Part shown: positions 18,781 through 26,608 of the stretch, piece by piece
How positions within the stretch are numbered: position 1 is the first letter of the stretch
Layout of the letters: each line of letters starts with the position of its first letter
Assembly: GCA_965209055.1 (NCBI GenBank)
Contig: OZ242374.1
Location: 2,496,001-2,560,000 of the forward strand
DNA from: Acidobacteriota bacterium
GTDB taxonomy: Bacteria > Acidobacteriota > UBA6911 > RPQK01 > JAJDTT01
Direction of reading: 5' to 3'
Length of the DNA stretch: 64,000 nucleotides
Translations under genes and position numbers: made by a program
Notes under the pieces: generated by a model
The model's database searches: none
The model's input: only the letters and a program-made list of their open reading frames with translations
Told to the model about the DNA's origin: nothing

Positions 18781-21291
18781 TCATTCGTGGCGTAGCGCCT
18801 GCATCGGTTCCAGCTTGGTGATTCTATAGGCTGGAACCCCGGACGCCAGCAGGGATACAGACAATACCACTAGGGTGGCGATCAAATACGTCACCGGACC
18901 GAATGAGTCCAAATCGGACAGGAAGGAACTCATCAGTTGACTTAGGCCCAATGCCAAACCCAACCCAATGAATAGACCGATGGTCACCAGCACGAGGGAT
19001 TGTTTGAGGATCAGCCAAACCGCATGGTTCCGTGTTGCTCCCAGCGCCAACCGAACTGCGATCTCACGGGTTCGTCGTACGACCGAATGGGAGAGGACAC
19101 CGTAGAGTCCAACCGAAACCAAGATGAGGGCCAACAGGCCAAAGGAGCCCAACAGGAAATTCACGCGTAGCCACAGGGCGACGCTCTCCGCGATCGTTGC
19201 CGATAAGGATGGCGGTCCGTAGGTCGGCAGATCGGGGTCCAACTCGTGGACCGCTTGGCGCATCGAGGCAACCGTGCCGGAAGTCTGCTGTTGTCGCGAT
19301 CGAGCCAGGGCGGTGAAAGTTCCCTGATATTGCTGGAGCAAGGAAAAGTACACATGGGGATTCTGGTGGCCTCCCAGCCGGCGATGCCGGATCTCGCCGG
19401 CGACTCCGACCACTTCCCAGCGTCCTGAGTCGGAAAAGATCTGCCGCCCAATGGGATCGGCGTTGGGCCAGAATCGCTCGGCCACCGGCTGACTGATGAT
19501 GGCGACCAGCCGAGAGTCCTGATCGTCTGTCCAACGAAAGTCGCGACCCCGGATCAGTGGAATACGGATCGTGTCGAAGTATCCAGGGCCGACGGAATTT
19601 GATTCGATTTGAATCCGTTCCTCATTATTCTTGCGGATGGAAGTCCCGTAATAGCTTTTGGCCGCAGGGGAGAATTGCGCCAGGGTCGCGGATTCTATTC
19701 CCGGTGCCGACTCGATCCGTCGCAGAAGTTGTCGTTGGAACAGTGCGCCTCGTGTCTCGTCGTACCCCTGGGTGGCCACGTCAACGGACATTGAGCCCAC
19801 ATTTGCCGGGTCGAACCCCAAATCCTGAGCGAGTCGATCTCCCAGCGTCCGGATGGAAAACCCGGCCGTGACCAGAAGTGCAAAGGACAATGCCACTTGG
19901 ACGATGACCAGACGATGCCGCCAGCGACCATACTGGGTACTACTGGACGCCCCTGTGGCCCTGAGTACCGAAAAGAGGTCGATTCGGCTGGATTGAGTCG
20001 CTGGAGCGAGACCGAAGATGATGGCAGTTACCGATGAAAGGAACATAGTGAACAACAGCGTGCGGTTGTCCAGTTCCAAGCCGAAGTTCAACAGATCCGG
20101 CCGGACGAGATGGTCGGGGACCGAGAGCACACTGGTCACTGCTATGATCCAGGGTGCCACTATGGTCGCGGCGACGCCTCCGGCAAGAAAGAGCATGGTG
20201 GTTTCGGTGAGCAGGTAGCGCAACAGACGCCGCCGACTGGCTCCGGCAGCCAGACGAATTGCCATCTCGAGCCTTCTTTCCCCGGCGCGGGAGAGGAGTA
20301 GATTGGCGACGTTGGTGCAAGCAATGAAAAGTACGGAGCCCATGATCACACTCAGGATGATTCCGAAGATCCAGAGTTGGGGGCCTGTTTGTTGGCCAGT
20401 CGTTCCCCGGTGTCCTGGAGCCAGGCGCAGGACTCGATCCTTCCAGCCGGAGTCTTCCAGTTCCAGTTGGGGAACAATCGCGGCCAGACTGGATTGAGCA
20501 CCTTCCAAATTGATATCGGATTTGAGCCGTCCGATCAGGTTTAGCCACGGGTGGTTCGCCTCGTCGAGGCGATTCGGCGGCGACACTTGTGGCTGCATCA
20601 TTATGGGCACCCACAGGTCTGGTTCCCCGGAGATTCCTTTGAAATGCGAGGGCATGACTCCCACCAGAGTGAATGGGTGGCCGTTCACCTTTACGGTTTT
20701 TCCAACAATCTCTCGATCGCCGTGAAACCGCGTTCGCCAAAGACGATCACTGATCATGGCCACCGGATGCAGTCCGGGAGCTTGTTCCTCCTCCGATAGA
20801 AAGCCCCGGCCGACGCTGGGCTCAATCCCCACGACCTCAGTGAAGTTGGCCGAAACCATTTCTCCTGGAAGCCTTTCCGTGAATCCATCGGCGCTAAGGT
20901 GGGCTCTGAACGGGCTCCGTGCAATCAGACCCGAGAAAGCTTGGTTGGCCTCCCTGATCCTGAGGTAGGCGGGAAACGAGAAAACTTGGTTGGTGCTGTC
21001 GTGCCGTCTTTGCCCGGCAGAACCGAGACTCACGATCTCGTGGGGATTCGGCACTGGTAGTGGGCGAAATAAAAGGGTGTCGACCAGAGTGAACACTGCC
21101 GTATTCACACCGATCCCCAGAGCCAAGGTCGCAATGACGACGACTGTGAAGCCAGGTTTCCTGGCTAACGTCCGGAACGAGAGCCTGAGATCCCGGACGG
21201 TGTCCTCCAGATGGAGAAGCAGGCTGCGCGACTGTTTGTTCGGCATCGTATGGGTATCATTGGGAGAGACGGGGCCGGAAAATCCATTCAT
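18781..21291 (-). CDS. ADOP/MacB-type duplicated ABC permease
   Basis: DLRLSFRTLARKPGFT, IACTNVANLLL, RRTREIAVRLALGA, LEPMQALRHE. Confidence 0.9.
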   Translation of the reverse strand: MNGFSGPVSPNDTHTMPNKQSRSLLLHLEDTVRDLRLSFRTLARKPGFTVVVIATLALGIGVNTAVFTLVDTLLFRPLPVPNPHEIVSLGSAGQRRHDSTNQVFSFPAYLRIREANQAFSGLIARSPFRAHLSADGFTERLPGEMVSANFTEVVGIEPSVGRGFLSEEEQAPGLHPVAMISDRLWRTRFHGDREIVGKTVKVNGHPFTLVGVMPSHFKGISGEPDLWVPIMMQPQVSPPNRLDEANHPWLNLIGRLKSDINLEGAQSSLAAIVPQLELEDSGWKDRVLRLAPGHRGTTGQQTGPQLWIFGIILSVIMGSVLFIACTNVANLLLSRAGERRLEMAIRLAAGASRRRLLRYLLTETTMLFLAGGVAATIVAPWIIAVTSVLSVPDHLVRPDLLNFGLELDNRTLLFTMFLSSVTAIIFGLAPATQSSRIDLFSVLRATGASSSTQYGRWRHRLVIVQVALSFALLVTAGFSIRTLGDRLAQDLGFDPANVGSMSVDVATQGYDETRGALFQRQLLRRIESAPGIESATLAQFSPAAKSYYGTSIRKNNEERIQIESNSVGPGYFDTIRIPLIRGRDFRWTDDQDSRLVAIISQPVAERFWPNADPIGRQIFSDSGRWEVVGVAGEIRHRRLGGHQNPHVYFSLLQQYQGTFTALARSRQQQTSGTVASMRQAVHELDPDLPTYGPPSLSATIAESVALWLRVNFLLGSFGLLALILVSVGLYGVLSHSVVRRTREIAVRLALGATRNHAVWLILKQSLVLVTIGLFIGLGLALGLSQLMSSFLSDLDSFGPVTYLIATLVVLSVSLLASGVPAYRITKLEPMQALRHE

Positions 21292-21330
21292 AATCAGTAC
21301 GCTCCCTTCCGATCAGTAGCATCCACGGTT

Positions 21331-22029
21331 CTATGCTGCCTCATTCTCGTCGACGATCTGACCGTCGAAGAGGTGGACGGTCCGCTCGGCATGTTCGGCA
21401 TAGCGGGGATCGTGGGTCACGATGCAGACGGTCGACCCTTCCTGGTGCATCTTTCCTAGAAGTTCCATGACGGCTCCACCGTTTCTGGAGTCCAGATTCC
21501 CGGTAGGCTCGTCCGCCAATAGAATCGCCGGTCTGCCCACCAACGCCCGCGCCACGGCGACGCGCTGTTGTTGACCGCCCGAGAGCTGCGCGGGGTAGTG
21601 GTTCATCCGGTGGGACATGCCGACCCGCTCCAGGGACTCCTCCACGCGCCGGCGCCTCTCGACCCGTTTCAGGTTGCGGTAGGTCAGCGGCAACTCCACG
21701 TTCTCGAATACCCGGAGATCGCCGATAAGGTTGAAGTTCTGGAAGATGAATCCGATCTCCCGGTTTCTCAGGTGGGTCCTCTGGGCGAAGGAGAGGCCTG
21801 CCACCGGGTGGCCGTGGAGGTAGTATTCCCCGGCCGTGGGAGCGTCCAGCAGTCCCATGATAGAGAGCAGTGTGGACTTGCCGCAGCCCGAAGGGCCGGC
21901 AATCGAGACGTACTCACCCTTCCTCACCCCCAGGTGGACCCCGGACAGGGCGTGGGTCTCCACCTCCTCCGTCAGGAAGATCTTGGTGATCCCGTTCATC
22001 CGAATCAGCCATTCTCCGTTTCCATTCAT
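21331..22029 (-). CDS. ABC transporter ATP-binding protein (LolD/MacB-like)
   Basis: GPSGCGKST, LSGGQQQR, LLADEPTGNLD. Confidence 0.95.
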   Translation of the reverse strand: MNGNGEWLIRMNGITKIFLTEEVETHALSGVHLGVRKGEYVSIAGPSGCGKSTLLSIMGLLDAPTAGEYYLHGHPVAGLSFAQRTHLRNREIGFIFQNFNLIGDLRVFENVELPLTYRNLKRVERRRRVEESLERVGMSHRMNHYPAQLSGGQQQRVAVARALVGRPAILLADEPTGNLDSRNGGAVMELLGKMHQEGSTVCIVTHDPRYAEHAERTVHLFDGQIVDENEAA

Positions 22030-22059
22030 CGGTTCTTCTCCTTGGTCTGATCTCTGCGC

Positions 22060-23313
22060 CTATTCCAGTCGGATCCGGTCATGATCTTTCCATTGGGCCA
22101 TGTCCGAGAGCACCACATGATCTCCGACGTTCAGGCCCTCCATAACTTGAATCTCGCTGACCGAGCTGGCCCCCAATTCGACGCGGACCCGGTGGGCGTG
22201 AATCCTGTCCGGCTCGATCCGGAAGACGCTGGCGGAGCCGTCCTCCTGGCTGAAGCCGGGCCGCGGCATATAGACGACGTCGGCTAGATGCTCCAGTTCC
22301 ACGGTTCCGTCCACGCTCAGGTCGGGGCGCGCCCCTCGGGGCAGTTCTCCCTCCAACGCCACGTCCACAGTGACTAGCCCCTCCTTCACTGCAGGGGCGA
22401 TCCGCGAAACCCGTCCTGGGACGACGCCGTTTCGAGTATCGATCTCCGCCTTTTGACCCACCTCAAGATCCCGTGCTTGGGTCGCCGCCACCTCGATCTC
22501 CGCCTTGAGCCGGCTGGGTTCGGCGATGCGGAGCAAATTCGTGCCCGGAGTGACCTGCTGGCCGACTTCCACCTCCACCTGTTGCAGCACTCCGGAGATT
22601 CCGGGACGCACTCGCAAGGACTCCAGTTGGCTCCTCCGCAGTGAGTGGAGCAGACGCCGCTGCTCGACCTCGGCCCGCTTGGCCTCCAGTTGGGCCTCCA
22701 GAGATTTGGAGAAGATGTCCGTCCTTCTCTTTTCCAGCAGACGTTGAGTCTCAAGGGCCTCGGCTTTGCTTCGGCTGATCTTTGTATCCATCTCCGAGAC
22801 TAGGCCCTCGCGAAGCAGAGCGGCGTCCGCCTCCGCCTTAAGGGTCGCCTCCAGATAATCTGACTCGACGCTGGCGGCGTCGGCTTGGCGTTGCATCTTC
22901 TCGCTTTCGAGCTGGATCCGGAGATGGGCCATCTCCGCTTCGCTCCGTTTCAACTGGCTCTCCGCATCCAGAGCCTGCTGCTCCAGCTCGGGATTGCTCA
23001 ACTCCAGGAGAACCGTCTGGGGAGTGACCCGTTCTCCCGGGTTAATCAGGATCCGCTCGACGCGGCCCTGGGTGGCGGCGGGAATCCAGCGGATGATCTC
23101 GGGGATCAGCTTGCCCAGGCCGCGAATGCGGCGGGTGAGTTCGCCCCGCTTGACCTCCCCCATCCAGAGGGTGGATCGGTCGACACGGGGAGCGGCCGGC
23201 TCCAGGCGGGAAAGGCCCGCGCTGATGGCGGCAATGGAGACGATCACCGACAGCAGGTAGAGAGTGTGTCTGATTTTGCGTCGGCGGGCGGCGAAAGGTC
23301 TTTGGATGTCCAT
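22060..23313 (-). CDS. Efflux periplasmic adaptor (HlyD/MacA family)
   Basis: TM anchor, GRVERILINPG, coiled coil, VRPGISGVLQQVEVEVGQ; RBS AAGGAGG. Confidence 0.9.
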   Translation of the reverse strand: MDIQRPFAARRRKIRHTLYLLSVIVSIAAISAGLSRLEPAAPRVDRSTLWMGEVKRGELTRRIRGLGKLIPEIIRWIPAATQGRVERILINPGERVTPQTVLLELSNPELEQQALDAESQLKRSEAEMAHLRIQLESEKMQRQADAASVESDYLEATLKAEADAALLREGLVSEMDTKISRSKAEALETQRLLEKRRTDIFSKSLEAQLEAKRAEVEQRRLLHSLRRSQLESLRVRPGISGVLQQVEVEVGQQVTPGTNLLRIAEPSRLKAEIEVAATQARDLEVGQKAEIDTRNGVVPGRVSRIAPAVKEGLVTVDVALEGELPRGARPDLSVDGTVELEHLADVVYMPRPGFSQEDGSASVFRIEPDRIHAHRVRVELGASSVSEIQVMEGLNVGDHVVLSDMAQWKDHDRIRLE

Positions 23314-23340
23314 GCTGTACCTCCTTGTGCTGTACATCCT

Positions 23341-23356
23341 AGCAATCAGTGTGCCA
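23341..23356 (-). promoter_or_regulatory. sigma54 -24/-12 promoter of the exporter operon
   Basis: Reverse complement TGGCACACTGATTGCT, identical to 6796-6811. Confidence 0.85.
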
Positions 23357-23430
23357 AGTTTAGGGAAAGAGTCAAATGTATGTAATTCAATGACTTATAC
23401 GAAATCGGACATTTGAGTCCGAAACCCCGA

Positions 23431-23468
23431 GTGTCCGGTTCCGGGATCACGCGTCCGGTATCGGACAC
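23431..23468. promoter_or_regulatory. Tandem UAS palindromes
   Basis: GTGTCCGGTTCCGGGATC and GCGTCCGGTATCGGACAC, 20-bp spacing. Confidence 0.75.
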
Positions 23469-23584
23469 TTGGACCATAACGGGGAGAAGGACTTCGAGTA
23501 AGTAGAAAAAAACAGATCGGCACGGTCCGGATGCCTTAGGACCGGCGGGATGTGGTGCTGCTCAACCACCGGAGAGCCTCCCAT

Positions 23585-25321
23585 CTAATCACGGCGGGCC
23601 AGTACGATGTCGTTGCTGTCGACGAGGGTGTACATGGCCTTCTCCAAGTCGGTCACGGCCTGCTGATAGTCCACGCGCGCCCTCAGCTCCTGCACCTGCG
23701 ACTGGCTGAGATCACGCTGATACCGGAGCACCTCGAAGTTGGTGGACAGGCCGGCCTGGAAACGCTTGTTCTCCCCCTCCAACTGCGCCTCTGAGAGCTG
23801 TCGAGCAACGCGGGCCGCTTCCAGCCGCTTCCTCTGGGTGGCGATGCTCTCGTAGGCGTTGCGCACTTCCACGATGATCATCTGCTGCTGGTTCTTGCGC
23901 TGACTGGCGAGTTGGCGGTCCCGGATCAGCAGGCTGGCCCTCTCCGCCTTGTTGGCACGGTTCCTCAGGGGAATCTCCACGCTGACGCCGAGAGTGTAGT
24001 TGATGTAATCGAACCCGAAGACCTGACCCCATGAATTTCCGAAGCCGCCGAAAAACGGATTCGACGGCTGGGGCACGTTCTGCAAACGGGTGTCTGGGAC
24101 GCCGTCTCCGTCCGTATCCACGAACTCGCTCCCGAAGATCTCGCCGGCCCGCCCCGTATTGGTCAGGCTCGCCACCAGGTCCACGATGGGCCTGCCGTCC
24201 TGTTTGTAATACTCCCGATCCACTTCCACCTGTTCCCGGAGCAGCCGGTTCTGTTCCAGTTCTGGACGCCTCTCCATGGCCCTGGCGATGGCCTCATCCA
24301 GCGTGATGGCCAGGTCCTGGACTTGTGGAAGCTGAGTCGGGATCAAGGTCATATTCCAAATGGGTGCCGTCGGGTCGGGCGCCAAATGGCGCTTGAGTCC
24401 ATTCTGCGCGGTGATGATCTGGACCTCCGATTGGATCATCTCTTGCTCTCGCGTGGCCACCTCGGCCCGGGAGGCGGTGATCTCGATGGACGCCATGACG
24501 CCGATCCGGACTCGCTTTTGATTGTTCTCGTGCTGGATGATGGCCAACTCCATGGACTTGCGAATAGCCTCGTAGCTCTGAATGGCGAACACCAGCTCCC
24601 AATACTGGTTCTGCACCTGTTGGACGATCTCCGACACCTTCTGTTGGAACTGGCTTTCGCTGATTTCCGTCTCCAGGTTGTAGAGCTTGAGCTCGCGCCT
24701 GGTCTGGGTCTTACGGAATCCCCTCCAAAGCGGCTGGCGTAGCGAGACTGCGAAATTGGATCCGAAAGAGGGGTTCATGAAGGAGAAGGCGCTGTTAGTG
24801 CTGAAGCGGTTGTTGTTGAAGTTCAAAGTGAGGCTGCTTCCGTTGGGCAGATTCTGCACCAGCGACGTATCGAAGTAGATGAGGCCCGTCGTGTTCACTG
24901 GGATTCCCTGACCGGCGTCCAGGATGGACCGGGCCGGGTTTTCGGTGGCCGTCCAGCCTACCTCGACCCGCAGCCGGGGATCGTAGAAGCCCTTGCTTCT
25001 GAAGATATTCTGGCGGTTCAGATCCTCGTTGTAGTCCTCGATGGCGATCTCCAGGTTGTTGGTCAGCGCCAGACGGATGGCGCCCTTGACGCTCAACTCC
25101 CGCACCGGACTCTCCCGGCGCATCCGGTCCGCCCACGACTCGGGCCTGTCGATCGCTGGCATTTCTGATTGGGCCTGATCAAAGGCCATTTTCTCTAGAG
25201 GACCAGCTCGCAAGAATGGCACGGTCAACACGAGAAGAATCGGAAGGACGATCCCCGCAAGCGGATCGTGGGTGCGTCTGATTCTGCCTCGGCGATCGGC
25301 GAATGGTCTTGGGATATTCAT
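23585..25321 (-). CDS. TolC-family outer membrane efflux protein
   Basis: LSVKGAIRLALTNNLEI, SLRQPLWRG, YWELV, SVEIPLRNR, ENKRFQAGLSTNFEVL; start codon uncertain. Confidence 0.9.
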   Translation of the reverse strand: MNIPRPFADRRGRIRRTHDPLAGIVLPILLVLTVPFLRAGPLEKMAFDQAQSEMPAIDRPESWADRMRRESPVRELSVKGAIRLALTNNLEIAIEDYNEDLNRQNIFRSKGFYDPRLRVEVGWTATENPARSILDAGQGIPVNTTGLIYFDTSLVQNLPNGSSLTLNFNNNRFSTNSAFSFMNPSFGSNFAVSLRQPLWRGFRKTQTRRELKLYNLETEISESQFQQKVSEIVQQVQNQYWELVFAIQSYEAIRKSMELAIIQHENNQKRVRIGVMASIEITASRAEVATREQEMIQSEVQIITAQNGLKRHLAPDPTAPIWNMTLIPTQLPQVQDLAITLDEAIARAMERRPELEQNRLLREQVEVDREYYKQDGRPIVDLVASLTNTGRAGEIFGSEFVDTDGDGVPDTRLQNVPQPSNPFFGGFGNSWGQVFGFDYINYTLGVSVEIPLRNRANKAERASLLIRDRQLASQRKNQQQMIIVEVRNAYESIATQRKRLEAARVARQLSEAQLEGENKRFQAGLSTNFEVLRYQRDLSQSQVQELRARVDYQQAVTDLEKAMYTLVDSNDIVLARRD

Positions 25322-25333
25322 GCGGAACATCTC

Positions 25334-25349
25334 AGCAATCCGTGTGCCA
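25334..25349 (-). promoter_or_regulatory. sigma54 -24/-12 promoter of tolC
   Basis: Reverse complement TGGCACACGGATTGCT. Confidence 0.8.
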
Positions 25350-25424
25350 AGGTGGGACGAGATCTACATCTGCTGTTATGTCAATAAGATACTGGAATCC
25401 AAAACGAACGGACGCACGATCCAA

Positions 25425-25462
25425 GTGTCCGTTTCCGGGACAAAGTGTCCGTTATCGGACAC
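25425..25462. promoter_or_regulatory. Tandem UAS palindromes
   Basis: GTGTCCGTTTCCGGGACA and GTGTCCGTTATCGGACAC, 20-bp spacing. Confidence 0.75.
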
Positions 25463-25566
25463 TTTTCCGGTTGTCCTCTACCTGGAACGCCCAGATGGTA
25501 GCGTCCGGGTATTAGGAACTACAGGCGGACAGCCCTGCCTTTCAATGCGGCGAGAGAACGGCCCTT

Positions 25567-25988
25567 CTAGGTCACCGGGTGAGCCAGACGGTCCCCCCAG
25601 TTTTCGTCGCAGACTTCGCGGCGAAATCCGTCCACCTTCTGCTCGGCGACGCCGATGTATTGGCTCATGTGGACCCTCTTCCCGGTGACGAACTGCCTCG
25701 CCGTGGGGTCCACCACGTCGAACCGCAGTTCCCCGCCGACTTGGGTGCTGTCGACCAACTCGTCCCCCTCCACCACGATCGGTCGGTTCAGAATGACCTG
25801 CTTTCCATCCGGCCGCTCCCGACCGCCCCGAAGATCAGGACGCCGGTATAGAGGCCCCGCTCGGGAATGACCAGCCACGACGGACCGGTGATCTCCCGTG
25901 CTTCCACGGGATGGTGCACTTCACCCACCACGACGGATGGCGCCTCGGCTTCGGGGGCAATCGGCCACTCGGGAAGGTCTCCTCGCAT
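25567..25988 (-). pseudogene. Truncated VirD4/TraG-like coupling-protein fragment joined to an unrelated C-terminal fragment
   Basis: VVGEVHHP...WLVIPERGLYTGVLIFGAVGSG breaks off at the Walker A motif. Confidence 0.6.
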
Positions 25989-26205
25989 TTTTCTGGCGCT
26001 TGCTTTTGGCTCGAACCAAACGCGCCAGACGGATAGCGAAATCAGTCCGGCGAGCAGGACGGCGGCGCCTGGCGCGCTAGATCATCGCCGCCGCACCGGC
26101 TAGAACGAGCACCGCGTGCCGCCATTCATCGGGTCTTTCTCTAATACGTCAGCGCGGCATTCGTGGGCCATTTCCTAGTCCAGGCCTTCCCGCAGGGATC
26201 AATGA

Positions 26206-26317
26206 AGAAGTGAGCGACCCCCCCCCGCGCATGCCACGCCGGTGTCCAACGGAGTGGAACACCGGCAGCGCTTGCGTGGACGTGCGAGGCACGAAAACGG
26301 GGGGGTCGCTCACTTCT
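26206..26317. repeat. 19-bp perfect inverted repeat enclosing an internal hairpin
   Basis: AGAAGTGAGCGACCCCCCC (26206-26224) / GGGGGGGTCGCTCACTTCT (26299-26317); inner GCCGGTGT..ACACCGGC at 26238-26266. Confidence 0.8.
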
Positions 26318-26608
26318 CCTACCCGGACTCCCCGTCCGGGCGCGCCTCCTCCCGAAGGGCGGGGACAACCCGAAGGGGCTCAATAAGATGGCGGAAAGGG
26401 AGCTTGTAACACTCGCCGCTCCGAGAGTGGAACACACCCCCCCATGTGTGCTTCACATCCTGGGACTTCGCCGGCCACGCCCTTCGGAGGTGGAACACGG
26501 CCCGGGAGCGGTCCGCCACATTGCCGTCAATGGGACTTTTCGTGCTCTTTGCAGCCCGTGGATGCCCGACATCCACAGGGTCCACCCGGACCCGGCGCGC
26601 GCGGCCAC

